Shown here: piece after piece, positions 44,150 to 55,507 of the stretch | How the letters are laid out: each line of letters begins with the position of its first letter | Position numbering within the stretch: position 1 is the stretch's first letter | From: Microcoleus sp. | GTDB taxonomy: Bacteria > Cyanobacteriota > Cyanobacteriia > Cyanobacteriales > Microcoleaceae | Reading direction: 5' to 3' | Length of the DNA stretch: 64,000 bases | NCBI GenBank assembly: GCA_042408215.1 | Contig: JAYFMW010000017.1 | Location: forward strand, 128,001-192,000 | Translations under genes and position numbers: made by a program | Notes under the pieces: model-generated | Told to the model about the DNA's origin: nothing | The model's database searches: none | What the model saw: the letters and a program-made list of their open reading frames with translations, nothing else

Positions 44150-44983
44150 TCAAAGCAGGCTATCCATTAAGTTCATAACGCGGATAGCATCATCTGACAA
44201 AGATCGAGATGCTTGTTGATTGAGATGATGTTCCAAAATTCCTTTGAGCGCAATCAATTTCATGCTATTTTCTGCTAAGGTTTCAGAAATAGCTTGAGCT
44301 CCGGGTAAATAGCCGATCGCCCCTAAGTCCATTAAAGCCGATCGTCTCAACTGCAAATTATCCCCGTTCAAAGCAGTTACCAACCGTTCTCCATAAACCG
44401 CTTCCCCTGTCAACTGATACATGGCCCGCGCCACAGCGTACTGCACCCTCGCGACAGAATGTTCTAAAAAAGGTACAATTAGCGGTAGGGCATCTACAGC
44501 TTGCAGCGTTCCCAAAGCTTCTATTACCGAGTCATAAGGTTGCACTAAGTGAGATTTTCCCGGCACTCGCACCGCCACAGCGACTCCCCCATCTAATAGT
44601 TTCATTAGCGGTGGAATAGAATCGCGATCGCCCAGCATTTCTAGAGCTTGAGCCGCCGCTTCCCGCACGTAATAATCCGCACATTCCAAACAGTGAATTA
44701 GGGCCGGCAATGCTTGTTTGTCGCCCAATTTTCCCAGAGCTCGCGCCGCATTTCGCAAGAGGGAATAATCGCCAATTTTTGTTTGTTCTGATTCTTCTTG
44801 CAAAGCAGCAATCAGAGCTTCAATAACTGCCGGTTCCTTGACTCGAAACCTGCCCACCCACCAAGCCGCGTAATAGCGGAGACTGTAATCTTGGGAGTGG
44901 AGATTTGCGATCGCCTGTTCTAATGTTAAAGACTCGCCGCTAGCTACACCCGCCGGCGGTGAGTCAGATTCGTAAAAATCCAT
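44150..44983 (-). CDS. cpcE: Phycocyanin alpha-subunit phycocyanobilin lyase CpcE
   Basis: LRYYAAWW, RNAARALGKL, DYYVREAAAQ and LRRSALMDLGAIGY motifs. Confidence 0.93.
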   Translation of the reverse strand: MDFYESDSPPAGVASGESLTLEQAIANLHSQDYSLRYYAAWWVGRFRVKEPAVIEALIAALQEESEQTKIGDYSLLRNAARALGKLGDKQALPALIHCLECADYYVREAAAQALEMLGDRDSIPPLMKLLDGGVAVAVRVPGKSHLVQPYDSVIEALGTLQAVDALPLIVPFLEHSVARVQYAVARAMYQLTGEAVYGERLVTALNGDNLQLRRSALMDLGAIGYLPGAQAISETLAENSMKLIALKGILEHHLNQQASRSLSDDAIRVMNLMDSLL

Positions 44984-45198
44984 AATTTTTTATTGCTAAT
45001 TTTATTGCTAATTTTATTGCTAATTTTTGGCTAATTTTTGGCGATTTTTGGGCGAATAGAATTCGCTGCTACACAGACAAAACCCGCCTGGGCGGGTTCG
45101 GTTAATTCTTAGTCTCGCGTTGCGCGGACTTTGTTTGACAAGAAGCGATTTAAATCGCCCCTTAAATCGCCCCTTAAATCGACACTTCAAGCCGACTA

Positions 45199-45468
45199 TT
45201 AGTTATTTTCCGCTGATTCAGGCGATGATTCTGCGATCGCACTCAAAGCCTGAATATTCACAATTTTGCCACCCATACGAGTAATCCGCTGCATTTCTTG
45301 ATTCATCCGGCTGTAAGGCACCGCGATCGACGTACTCGCGCTCTATCGAATCGAATAATCCATATTTTCTGTGTCATCGCTTTGGCGCAAGCCGACAACT
45401 TCATACCGAAAGCAGCGACCAGCGGAAGCTGTATTGCCACTTTTTCCTGCTACAATTTGACCAAAAAT
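45199..45468 (-). pseudogene. cpcD: Rod-capping linker CpcD, disrupted (ATT at the start position, in-frame TAG at 45343-45345)
   Basis: Manual translation: (I)FGQIVAGKSGNTASAGRCFRYEVVGLRQSDDTENMDYSIR*SASTSIAVPYSRMNQEMQRITRMGGKIVNIQAL. Confidence 0.85.
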
Positions 45469-45499
45469 AAGCTAATTGGTAATTGGTAATGGGGAATTG

Positions 45500-46587
45500 G
45501 TCAGTTGTCAGTTGTCAGTTGTCTGTTGTCAGTTGTCAGTTGTCAGTTGTTAGTTGTTATTTATTGGTTGTTGGTTCGTAGTTGTTAGGTGTTAGTCGTT
45601 GATTGTTACTAATAACCAATAACTAATCACCAATAACTAATCACCAATAACCAATGACTAATGACTAATGACTAATGACTAATGTCAGTTGTCAGTTGTC
45701 TGTTGTCAGTTGTCAGTTGTCAGTTGTTAGTTGTTATTTATTGGTTGTTGGTTCGTAGTTGTTAGGTGTTAGTCGTTGATTGTTACTAATAACCAATAAC
45801 TAATCACCAATAACTAATCACCAATAACCAATGACTAATGACTAATGACTAATGACTAATGTCAGTTGTCAGTTGTCAGTAGTCTGTTGTCAGTTGTTAG
45901 TTGTTATTTATTGGTTGTTGGTTCGTAGTTGTTAGGTGTTAGTCGTTGATTGTTACTAATAACCAATAACTAATCACCAATAACTAATCACCAATAACCA
46001 ATGACTAATGACTAATGACTAATGTCAGTTGTCAGTTGTCAGTTGTCAGTTGTCAGTTGTTAGTTGTTATTTATTGGTTGTTGGTTCGTAGTTGTTAGGT
46101 GTTAGTCGTTGATTGTTACTAATAACCAATAACTAATCACCAATAACTAATCACCAATAACCAATGACTAATGACTAATGACTAATGTCAGTTGTCAGTT
46201 GTCAGTTGTCAGTTGTCAGTTGTTAGTTGTTATTTATTGGTTGTTGGTTCGTAGTTGTTAGGTGTTAGTCGTTGATTGTTACTAATAACCAATAACTAAT
46301 CACCAATAACTAATCACCAATAACCAATGACTAATGTCAGTTGTCAGTTGTCAGTTGTCAGTTGTCTGTTGTCAGTTGTTAGTTGTTATTTATTGGTTGT
46401 TGGTTCGTAGTTGTTAGGTGTTAGTCGTTGATTGTTACTAATAACCAATAACTAATAACCAATAACTAATAACTAATCACCAATAACTAATAACCCATAA
46501 CCAATGACTAATGACTAATGACTACTGACTACTGACTACTGACTAATGACTAATGACTAATGACTAATGACTAATGACTAATGACTA
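45500..46587. repeat. Higher-order tandem array: six copies of a ~155-180 bp composite STRR unit
   Basis: Core ttattggttgttggttcgtagttgttaggtgttagtcgttgattgttactaataacc recurs near 45560, 45737, 45907, 46070, 46233 and 46389, flanked by variable (gtcagtt)n and (tgactaa)n. Confidence 0.92.
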
Positions 46588-47454
46588 AATTGGAGTAATG
46601 CTGGCGATTTTCGCGCCCATGCGCTGAAATTTCTGCATTTGCGAGGACAAATCCTCAACAGGTACGATAAAAGCTTTGCTGCTGCGGCGCACGCTAGGAT
46701 AGCCACCCGTGCGAATTCCCGACACTTCCACGCGGAACAGTCTTCCTTCCTTACCGTAAGCAGCCGCGCCGCCGAAACCGCTGCTGGGAGTTACGTTTTG
46801 CGCCGAAGGGCGATAGGCCCAACCTTCGCAGCCACCGGAGGGGCCGACTACTGCGGTGGCGCTGTTGGTGCCGAGTTCGACGGCTAGGCGAGAGTTATTG
46901 CCTTCTAATTGAGCTGTATCGCTATTTGCGTAGCCCCGATACAAGCGAAACATCCGGGTAAAACCAACGGTTTTTTGTCCCCGCTGAGTATCAAAACCCC
47001 GGTAATAAGGTACGATGTTTTCGCCAAAGCTTTCTTGATACTCCACTGAATCGATGTAGGAATCAACATCGGTGTCGTACCCTTTTGTTTGATACAAATC
47101 TAAGTGATAGACTACTTCAGATTCGTCGTAGGGAGCGCGACCGAGCAAGTGTTTGTAGTTTAGTTCGATCGTCCGAGTTTGGAAGCTGCTGTAGAAAAAC
47201 TTGGTTTTGTACAGTTCTGATTTCGCAACTGCGCGCACGAATTCTCGTACTGTTAAACTGCCGTCTCGCAGCAAAGATTCAGCACTTTTCAATCGCTCGG
47301 ATTTCATCAAATAATCGTTGCCCAACAACTGGCGGTAAGTGGCGCGAATTACTGTTTCGACATCTTCTTTGGTGTAATTCGGACGCAATTCTACCTTCGG
47401 CGCATCGCTCAATGCTGATGTTCCCAGTCTGGACGCTGCTGTTGTAATAGCCAC
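46585..47454 (-). CDS. cpcC: Phycocyanin rod linker polypeptide CpcC
   Basis: GTG start (M)[24 protein letters not shown]-terminal CpcD-like domain. Confidence 0.92.
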   Translation of the reverse strand: MAITTAASRLGTSALSDAPKVELRPNYTKEDVETVIRATYRQLLGNDYLMKSERLKSAESLLRDGSLTVREFVRAVAKSELYKTKFFYSSFQTRTIELNYKHLLGRAPYDESEVVYHLDLYQTKGYDTDVDSYIDSVEYQESFGENIVPYYRGFDTQRGQKTVGFTRMFRLYRGYANSDTAQLEGNNSRLAVELGTNSATAVVGPSGGCEGWAYRPSAQNVTPSSGFGGAAAYGKEGRLFRVEVSGIRTGGYPSVRRSSKAFIVPVEDLSSQMQKFQRMGAKIASITPI

Positions 47455-47644
47455 CAGAATTTCTCCTAAATTTATGAGTGTGAATTGAAAGCTTTGTTGT
47501 ACTTGATAATTTTGCGACTGGCGCAAAAACTGTTATTTTATAATAAGTTGATTTGAGCAAATCAGCCTAACAATATTTAATTGTGGGGTTTCTGTAACGC
47601 TCACTCCAACTTACTATAATCCGACTCTTCCAGGCAAATCTATT

Positions 47645-48460
47645 TTAGGCTGTGGTCATACTGACCACTCTGCCACCCTTCTTGTTGATTTGCTGCAAGC
47701 GCGAAGAAAGTTGCTGGTAGGGTACAAGATATTCGGTAGTTGTCCGCCGCACCTGGGGCGAAAACTTAGCCGCTCCTTGCATTACAGTGACTCGGTAGAT
47801 TTCTCCGCGATCGCCACCCGATACGCCGGCAAGAGCTTGTCCGCCACCTGCGGTGTAGATGGGCTTCGCCATGTTTCTGCTTACTTCCCAGGTTAACCGC
47901 CCTTGTGTTTGGTTTTGTGCTCGATCGCTATTTGCATAGCCCCGGTACAATTGAAACATCCGGTTAAAACCGACGGTTTTTTGACCTCTTTGAGTAGTGA
48001 AACCACGATAGTAAGGCACTACACTTTCGCCAAAGTTTTCTTGATACTCAAAGGAATCAATGTACGAATTGATTTCTGCCTCGTAACCCTCTGCATTGTA
48101 CAGGTCTACGTGGAAAGAAATTTCCGATTCATCGTAAGGAGCGCGACCCAACAAATGCTTGTAATTAAGTTCGATTAGCCGCGTCTGGGCGTTCGGGTAA
48201 AAAAACTTTTTCCGATAGGTTTCCGACTGAGCAATTTCCCGCACGAAATCCTTAACTGAAATTTGTCCTTGCCAGAGTAAAGATTCGGCGCTAGTCACTC
48301 GTTCGCTCGACATTAAATACTCGTTGCCAAAAACCTGAGTGTAAGCTGCGCGAATTACGGCTTTCGCGTCATCTTCCGTCCAGTGTGGTCGCAATTCTAC
48401 CTTTCCGGCTTCTTCAAATGCTTTTATTCCCAAGCGTTCTGCGGCACCCAATCCAGCCAT
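47645..48460 (-). CDS. Second phycocyanin rod linker polypeptide (CpcC2/CpcH-like)
   Basis: PBS linker domain [26 protein letters not shown] and C-terminal CpcD-like domain. Confidence 0.88.
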   Translation of the reverse strand: MAGLGAAERLGIKAFEEAGKVELRPHWTEDDAKAVIRAAYTQVFGNEYLMSSERVTSAESLLWQGQISVKDFVREIAQSETYRKKFFYPNAQTRLIELNYKHLLGRAPYDESEISFHVDLYNAEGYEAEINSYIDSFEYQENFGESVVPYYRGFTTQRGQKTVGFNRMFQLYRGYANSDRAQNQTQGRLTWEVSRNMAKPIYTAGGGQALAGVSGGDRGEIYRVTVMQGAAKFSPQVRRTTTEYLVPYQQLSSRLQQINKKGGRVVSMTTA

Positions 48461-48533
48461 TTTTGCTTCCCCCTTTTTGCTTTAAAAACTGAAAACTTTT
48501 TAAATGTATTTGGAAAACTTGGCTTCGATCGCA

Positions 48534-48597
48534 GATGCCCGGAATTGTAAACAACCGCTAACACTCTAGCTAACAGCAGCTTACATTTCCGGGCATC
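48534..48597 (-). terminator. Stem-loop downstream of cpcA (terminator or mRNA-stabilising hairpin)
   Basis: gatgcccggaattgtaa ... ttacatttccgggcatc inverted repeat. Confidence 0.7.
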
Positions 48598-48605
48598 ACG
48601 CAAAT

Positions 48606-49094
48606 CTAGCTCAGGGCGTTGATTGCGTAGTCGAGGTAGGAGCTCGCTTCAGTAGCAGCATCGCCTGTCAAACCGTGGTTGGCTTTGATGTACTTGAGGG
48701 CTTCAACGTACCAGCTAGGGGACAATTCAAAAGTCCGGTTGATTTCATCGATACCTGCAATCAGGTATTCGTCCATTGGGCCTGTGCCACCTGCAACCAA
48801 GCAGTAGGTTACCATACGCAAGTAGTAGCCGATGTCGCGAGCGCACTTAGCTTTACCAGTTGCGGTAGAAGCATAGTTAGGGCCTTGCATTTGTTGGGTG
48901 TACGGGAATTTGTTGTACACCGCTTGGGCTGCACCGTCGATCAAGCGCTGAGAGTTAGCTGTCAGAGATTTTGCTGCTTCTAAGCCAGCAGTGGCTTGGC
49001 GGAAGCGGCCGAAGGCGACTTGAAGTTCGGTGCTGCTGAGGAAACGGCCTTGAGAATCGGCGGCTGTTACTGCTTCGGTCAGAGGGGTTTTCAT
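48606..49094 (-). CDS. cpcA: C-phycocyanin alpha subunit
   Basis: MKTPLTEAV...[11 protein letters not shown]...YAINALS, 162 aa. Confidence 0.98.
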   Translation of the reverse strand: MKTPLTEAVTAADSQGRFLSSTELQVAFGRFRQATAGLEAAKSLTANSQRLIDGAAQAVYNKFPYTQQMQGPNYASTATGKAKCARDIGYYLRMVTYCLVAGGTGPMDEYLIAGIDEINRTFELSPSWYVEALKYIKANHGLTGDAATEASSYLDYAINALS

Positions 49095-49197
49095 TGTTCA
49101 GTTTTCTCCCTAATGTTGTGTTGTTTTGGTACTGAAGGATTGTAAAAATGCGTCCGATCGCTTTTTTTACACTCAATTAATCGTCGCTTAGCTGTTT

Positions 49198-49716
49198 TTA
49201 GCCGACTGCACTGGCTGCGCGGTCGAAGTAGCCACCGATTTCAGACATCAGCGAGCTGCAATCTCCACGAGTGACGCCGTTGGGGTCGTTAGCAATCGCG
49301 ATCGCTGCTTCCTTCATTTTTTGGACACCTGCTGCTACCGAAGCACCGGGAGTTCCCAAAGCCAAGTAGGTTTCGCGCAAGCCGTTCAAGCAACGGTCGT
49401 CGAGAACGCTGGCATCACCTGCGAAAGTTGCATAAGTGACATAGCGCAAAATGATTTCCATGTCGCGCAAACAAGCGGCCATGCGACGGCTGGTGTAAGC
49501 GTTGCCGCCGGGGGCTATCAGTTGGGGCTGCTCAGCAAACAAAGAGCGAGCTGCGTTGGCAACGATTGTGGAAGCGTTGCTGGTGATCCGGTTAACTGCG
49601 TCAATCCGCTTGTTGCCTTCTGCAACCATGCTGCTGAGGGCATCCAATTGGCCGGTGGCCAAAAATTCGCCGCGAGCATCTGCTTGGGAAACCACTTTTG
49701 TAAATGCGTCAAACAT
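49198..49716 (-). CDS. cpcB: C-phycocyanin beta subunit
   Basis: MFDAFTKVV...RRMAACLRD...GDCS, 172 aa. Confidence 0.98.
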   Translation of the reverse strand: MFDAFTKVVSQADARGEFLATGQLDALSSMVAEGNKRIDAVNRITSNASTIVANAARSLFAEQPQLIAPGGNAYTSRRMAACLRDMEIILRYVTYATFAGDASVLDDRCLNGLRETYLALGTPGASVAAGVQKMKEAAIAIANDPNGVTRGDCSSLMSEIGGYFDRAASAVG

Positions 49717-50634
49717 GAAAGAACTCTCCTACTTGAGTTAATTGAGTTTGGTGGCGGTATAAAACCGTTAAGTTAAATTTGTTCAGGCTTTTGGGCCTGT
49801 AAGGGTTGAGGGTTGACGCCAGCTACTGGGCTGGTCGGCTCGTTCTCTCCCTTTCCGCTACCTGCACCATTGTGACATTGCAACGGACGTTTAAGAAACA
49901 TGAGAAAATTTTACACTTTTTATGAGATGCGACAAACCTTGTCAATCAGTGTTTTTGTTAACTTTCGCCTGTCGTTTCAACCCTCATGTACCACTTATAC
50001 AATGCTCGTGAGTCTTTGTTTATTACAAATTATTACAGCAGTCTCCCCTTACCAACAGACCACAGGAGCTAGGCTAGGAGCGACCAAATCTCCTCCCTGC
50101 GGTAGATGTGGCTATACTTCCTTAAGCACAAGTTTCGATCGCACTCCCTAGTTCGTGGGCCCGCCGTTGCTATTACAGCCGAGTCCGATACCCTGGTTTT
50201 CCGAGAGCTGAGGAATTGTTAAGAATAGTTAAGAAAATGAAAGTGGTGCTAAAAGGTAGAGCCGATCGCGCAAATTACTCCATCGGGTTCCCATCTAAAT
50301 TTTTAGCATCAGCCCCTGCCGGAAAGATCAGCTCTTAGGCACGGGCTGATGCCTTTGGCAGTTGGGTAAAAGCAGCATAAATTGCTAATTTTTAGTAGTA
50401 AGGTGGATGAGTGCGATCGGCGGTAGGTCTACAAAGGCAGCGCTCGATCCAAAGATCGAGAAGTTGAAAGCTTCCTGCTTCTTTCCTCGAACCGATGCCG
50501 AATAGGAGTGGCGAGTTAAACAGTTTTTGATACAAAACTCCTTTCCTCCAACTCACGCACTGCCGCATCGCCACATCCATCGGCTGTGGCAATCCGGCCT
50601 CAGCCACCTTTAGCCCCATGCTCGATCGTAATTT

Positions 50635-53457
50635 ATGTCTTCAAATTCTCCCTCTTCTTGGCACACCGTAGCAATTGACCAAACCCTCCAGCAGCTAAGC
50701 AGCAACAAAGATACTGGCTTGAGCGGGCAACAGGTGTCAGAACGCTTGCAGCAATACGGCCCCAACGAACTAGAAGAAACAGGAGGCCGCAGTGCTTGGT
50801 CGATTTTTATCGATCAGTTCACCAACATCATGTTGGTGATGCTGATGTTTGTGGCTGTGGTTTCGGCTTTTTTGGATATCAAATCGAACACTTTTCCCAA
50901 AGACGCGATCGCCATTTTTGCGATCGTGGTACTCAACGGCATTCTCGGCTATTTCCAAGAAAGCAAAGCTGAACAAGCCCTCGCAGCTCTCAAAAACCTC
51001 TCTTCCCCCCTAGTCAGAGTCGTGCGAGATCGCAAAACTTCGGAAATCGCAGCTAAGGATGTCGTACCTGGAGACATAATGCTGCTGGAAGCAGGGGTAA
51101 AAATATCAGCAGATGGCAGACTAATCGAAGCCTCCAACCTGCAAGTTAGAGAATCTGCTTTGACAGGGGAAGCTCTACCAGTCACCAAGCAAGCTGATAT
51201 AGAACTGGAAGCAGATGCTTCCTTGGGCGATCGGCTCAATTTAATTTTTCAAGGAACTGAAGTTGTTCAGGGGCGGGCCAAGGCAATTGTCACCAACACC
51301 GGGATGCAAACTGAATTGGGCAAAATTGCCACCATGCTTCAGTCTGTAGAAACCGAACCGACTCCCCTGCAACAGCGGATGACTCAGCTAGGAAACGTCC
51401 TGGTGACAGGTGCCCTAGCCTTAGTTGCTATCGTGGTTGTCGGCGGCATGATCCGCTTTACCAATGGTGGCATCGGGTTCGATACCAGCAGGTTTGAAGA
51501 TCTGTTGGAAGTTTCTCTGAGCATGGCTGTAGCTGTTGTCCCCGAAGGACTCGCAGCAGTCGTGACAGTGACTCTGGCCTTGGGAACTAGGCGGATGGTG
51601 AAGCGCAATGCCTTGATTCGCAAACTACCAGCCGTAGAAACTTTAGGTTCAGTTACTACTATTTGTTCCGACAAAACTGGTACCTTGACTCAAAATAAGA
51701 TGGTGGTTCAGCTAGTGTCTACTGGCGACTGCAATATCGGCATCGGCGGTGAAGGCTATGCCCCGATCGGAGATTTTACCGATCGCCATACATCTACCCA
51801 AATTAACAATTTAGAAGAATATCCAGAACTTGAATCTTTATTAATTGCCTGTGCAACTTGCAATGACGCAATTTTGCAGCACGAACAGCAAGAATGGAAG
51901 ATTTTGGGCGATCCCACCGAGGGAGCCCTGCTGTCTTTGGCAGGAAAAGCAGGCATTTATAAAGAACAGCAGTCTCGACTGCTACCACGGATCTCGGAAT
52001 TTCCGTTTTCTTCCGAACGCAAGCGGATGAGCGTGATTTGCCAATTGCCACCGAACTCGTCCAATTCGGCATTTCCCTCAGAAAAAGGACAGCAGCCGAG
52101 TTATTTGATGCTGACCAAAGGTTCTCCCGAATTGACATTGGAGCGCTGCGGTGGCATTATTATCGGCTCTGAGGTGGCATCTTTAACCCCAGAAATACGC
52201 GATCGCATCCTCGTGGAAAACAACCGCATGGCTAGCGTTGGTTTGCGAGTCCTCGGCTTTGCCTACAAAAATTGGGAAACCTTGCCAGCAGAAGGTTCTG
52301 AGGAAACCAGCGAACAAGACATGATTTGGCTGGGATTGGTAAGTATGCTAGATGCCCCGCGGCCGGAAGTGCGGGAAGCCGTAGTGAAATGCCGAGAGGG
52401 TGGCATTCGCGTCGTGATGATTACAGGGGATCACCAGTTGACAGCACAGGCGATCGCCTGCGATTTGGGTATTGCCGATCGGGGCGATCGGGTACTCACC
52501 GGTCAAGAGTTAGAAAAACTCACCCAAGAAGAACTCAAACAGCAAGTCGAACACGTTAGCGTTTACGCCCGCGTCTCCCCGGAACACAAATTGCGAATAG
52601 TCCAAGCTTTGCAAAGTTTAGGCAAATTTGTCGCGATGACGGGTGACGGCGTTAACGACGCGCCTGCTTTGAAACAAGCCGATATCGGCATCGCAATGGG
52701 CATTACCGGCACCGATGTCAGCAAAGAAGCTAGCGATATGGTGCTGCTAGACGACAACTTCGCAACTATTGTCGCCGCTGCTGAAGAAGGCAGAGTAGTT
52801 TATACAAATATTCGCCGCTTTATTAAGTACATTTTGGGCAGCAACATCGGCGAAGTTTTGACAATTGCGGCCGCACCTTTAATCGGTTTAGGAGGAGTGC
52901 CGCTGACACCGCTGCAAATTTTGTGGATGAACTTAGTCACTGACGGGGTTCCTGCTTTGGCTTTGGCGGTGGAACCTGCGGAACCGAACGTGATGAGGAA
53001 GCCTCCTTTTAGTCCGCGAGAAAGTATTTTTGCGCGGGGTATGGGTTCTTACATGATTCGGATCGGGATTGTTTTCGCAATTTTGACGATCGCGATGATG
53101 TCCTGGGCCTATGGGTATACTCATGCTCCCGGACACGAAGGAAATCCAGATGCTTGGAAAACAATGGTGTTTACAACTCTTTGTTTAGCGCAAATGGGTC
53201 ACGCGATCGCCATTCGCTCTAACACTCAGCTAACTATAGAGTTAGATCCCCGCACTAATCTTTTTGTGTGGGGGGCTGTAATTGTGACTACAATTCTGCA
53301 ACTAATGCTAATTTACGTTGAGCCGCTGAGAGCATTTTTTGGCACTCAGTATTTGACACCAGTTGAGTTGCTGGTTTGCATAGGTTTTAGTGCGCTGATG
53401 TTTGTCTGGATTGAAATGGAAAAACTGTTTGTGCGCTTTTACAAATCAAGAAGGTAA
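50635..53457 (+). CDS. Cation-transporting P-type ATPase (type IIA, Ca2+-like)
   Basis: LTGEA, PEGL, DKTGTLT, MITGD, TGDGVND and WMNLVTD motifs. Confidence 0.93.
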   Translation: MSSNSPSSWHTVAIDQTLQQLSSNKDTGLSGQQVSERLQQYGPNELEETGGRSAWSIFIDQFTNIMLVMLMFVAVVSAFLDIKSNTFPKDAIAIFAIVVLNGILGYFQESKAEQALAALKNLSSPLVRVVRDRKTSEIAAKDVVPGDIMLLEAGVKISADGRLIEASNLQVRESALTGEALPVTKQADIELEADASLGDRLNLIFQGTEVVQGRAKAIVTNTGMQTELGKIATMLQSVETEPTPLQQRMTQLGNVLVTGALALVAIVVVGGMIRFTNGGIGFDTSRFEDLLEVSLSMAVAVVPEGLAAVVTVTLALGTRRMVKRNALIRKLPAVETLGSVTTICSDKTGTLTQNKMVVQLVSTGDCNIGIGGEGYAPIGDFTDRHTSTQINNLEEYPELESLLIACATCNDAILQHEQQEWKILGDPTEGALLSLAGKAGIYKEQQSRLLPRISEFPFSSERKRMSVICQLPPNSSNSAFPSEKGQQPSYLMLTKGSPELTLERCGGIIIGSEVASLTPEIRDRILVENNRMASVGLRVLGFAYKNWETLPAEGSEETSEQDMIWLGLVSMLDAPRPEVREAVVKCREGGIRVVMITGDHQLTAQAIACDLGIADRGDRVLTGQELEKLTQEELKQQVEHVSVYARVSPEHKLRIVQALQSLGKFVAMTGDGVNDAPALKQADIGIAMGITGTDVSKEASDMVLLDDNFATIVAAAEEGRVVYTNIRRFIKYILGSNIGEVLTIAAAPLIGLGGVPLTPLQILWMNLVTDGVPALALAVEPAEPNVMRKPPFSPRESIFARGMGSYMIRIGIVFAILTIAMMSWAYGYTHAPGHEGNPDAWKTMVFTTLCLAQMGHAIAIRSNTQLTIELDPRTNLFVWGAVIVTTILQLMLIYVEPLRAFFGTQYLTPVELLVCIGFSALMFVWIEMEKLFVRFYKSRR

Positions 53458-53610
53458 TCAAAACCAAAGAAACCGGGTTTTTTGCCGCTTTTGCGGGCTG
53501 TAACGAGTATTTCGCAAAAAAACCCGGTTTCTGACCATCCGTGCGTCCACCATAGGTTAACTGTTTCTATACACCAGGAAGGTAATCATTCCCTCAGCTT
53601 ACCAGTTATC

Positions 53611-54864
53611 ATGTATCTCAAAAATCTTCACCTCCGACAATTTCGCAATTACCTAGACCAAAAGGTATTATTTGACGCTCCCAAAACTATTTTGGTGGGA
53701 AATAATGCTCAAGGAAAGTCGAATTTGTTAGAAGCGGTAGAATTGCTTTCGACATTAAAAAGTCACAGAGCAGCGCGCGATCGCGATTTAATTCTCGACT
53801 CAAAACCGATCGGGCAAATAGATGCAACACTCTTAAGCCAAACCGGCTCTATTGACTTAGCTTTAACTCTGCGCTCTCAGGGGCGTCGCACCCTAAATCT
53901 CAACGGCGAACCTCTGCGCCGTCATTTAGACTTTTTGAGCGTCTTAAATGTCGTGCAATTTTCTTGTTTGGATTTGGACTTAGTGCGCGGAGGTCCAGAA
54001 GGAAGGCGCAATTGGATCGATCGCCTGGTCATCCAATTAGAACCAATTTACGCTCATATTTTGCAGCAGTATAACCAAATTTTGCGCCAGCGAAATGCCC
54101 TTTTGAAACATTCTAAAGAAATCAGGAAAGGGGAATTTTCCGAAAATCTTGACAAAATGCGGTCTATGGAATACGAAAATCCCGAACCAGAAAATAGAGC
54201 AGAATTCCCCATGCCCCATGCCCCATGCCCCATGCCCCATTCCCCATTCCCCATGCCCCATTCAGAATTAGCTTTGTGGGATGCACAGTTAGCCACAGCG
54301 GGTGCTCGCGTGATTCGGAGGCGCGATCGAATTTTGGAGCGATTGATGCCTTTAGCTCGAAATTGGCATTCTTCAATTAGCAGTTCTACAGAAGTTTTGG
54401 ACGTGAAATACGCTGCTAATATTGAAGTAGGGGATAAATTAATCGCTAAAGACAATCTCGAAGGAGTGCGGCAAGCATTTTTAGAGAAAATTCAACAAAG
54501 GGCGATCGCCGAACAGTTTCAAGGCACCACTTTAGTCGGCCCTCACCGCGACGATATTATTTTTACAATTAACAGTACACCAGCCCGCCAATACGCCTCT
54601 CAAGGCCAGCAGCGAACATTAGTATTAGCATTAAAATTAGCCGAATTACAGCTCATTGAAGAAGTCGTCGGCGAACCGCCCTTGCTGTTGCTCGACGATG
54701 TACTAGCAGAACTCGATCTCAACCGCCAAAATCAACTTTTAGAAACCATTAAAGAACGATTTCAAACTCTGATTACTACTACCCACTTAGGCGCTTTTGA
54801 TCCTCAGTGGCTGCGAGAAACCCAAATTATCTCCGTCGTGGCCGGCCAAATCAATCAATTTTAG
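53611..54864 (+). CDS. recF: DNA replication/repair protein RecF, with an in-frame heptamer-repeat insertion
   Basis: FRNY, GNNAQGKSN, GPHRDD, SQGQQR and LLLDDV motifs. Confidence 0.95.
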   Translation: MYLKNLHLRQFRNYLDQKVLFDAPKTILVGNNAQGKSNLLEAVELLSTLKSHRAARDRDLILDSKPIGQIDATLLSQTGSIDLALTLRSQGRRTLNLNGEPLRRHLDFLSVLNVVQFSCLDLDLVRGGPEGRRNWIDRLVIQLEPIYAHILQQYNQILRQRNALLKHSKEIRKGEFSENLDKMRSMEYENPEPENRAEFPMPHAPCPMPHSPFPMPHSELALWDAQLATAGARVIRRRDRILERLMPLARNWHSSISSSTEVLDVKYAANIEVGDKLIAKDNLEGVRQAFLEKIQQRAIAEQFQGTTLVGPHRDDIIFTINSTPARQYASQGQQRTLVLALKLAELQLIEEVVGEPPLLLLDDVLAELDLNRQNQLLETIKERFQTLITTTHLGAFDPQWLRETQIISVVAGQINQF

Positions 54865-54997
54865 ATTTTAAATTTGAGATTTGAGATTGACAAATCATAG
54901 GTTTCATCAAAGGAACACGGGATGCGGGAAACTCAGACACGAAGAGTGCTGAGAGGGAAGCGGCGCGAGGGACTTCAGTCCCCTTGTCTTTTCTTTC

Positions 54998-55405
54998 TTA
55001 ATTGGCCGAATGATGCGGGTCTTCTATATATTTTTTCACCACTTCACTACTAATATTACCCGCCGCGATCACAAAATAGCTGCTTGTCCACAAAGAGGGA
55101 AGCTTTTTTAGTTGTGGAAATTCAGATCTTAAATGATGACTGGAGCGACCCTTGAACAACTTAATCACTAGCGCTGGGGTATCTGTTGGCTTAACGGCTA
55201 CAAACAAATGTACATGGTCTGGGGCTACTTCTCAAGCCTGGATGTCCCAACCTTTTTCAATTGATAGTTCTAAAAATATTTGGCGAGTTCTAGTCGCCAC
55301 GTCACCCACTAAAACTTTCTTGCGACGCTTGGGGATAAAGACAAAGTGGTAGTTAAGCAAGAATTTGACGTGGTTATGCGTTTTATATTCGGCTAATGGC
55401 AACAT
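54998..55405 (-). pseudogene. tnpA: Y1 HUH transposase TnpA with an in-frame TGA at 55232-55234
   Basis: YHFVFIPKRRKKVL...IQA*EVAPDHVHLF...KGRSS...LWTSSYF...YIEDP; the two ORF halves are in the same frame. Confidence 0.88.
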
Positions 55406-55507
55406 AAATATTCTGTTGATATAGGTTGACTTATCCACTCTAGTCGCCTAGACTTGACAAATCAACCAGTCTTTAGGAAAATAGAGGTGACTAAAACCCA
55501 AAAAGCC

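Noticed and set aside
45500..46587. Possible CRISPR array
   Set aside because: The sequence between cores is only heptamer runs, not unique spacers
50306..50352. Strong hairpin upstream of the P-type ATPase as a riboswitch (yybP-ykoY or c-di-AMP)
   Set aside because: The hairpin gcatcagccc..gggctgatgc is real, but I cannot find the conserved riboswitch motifs; an Rfam scan would decide
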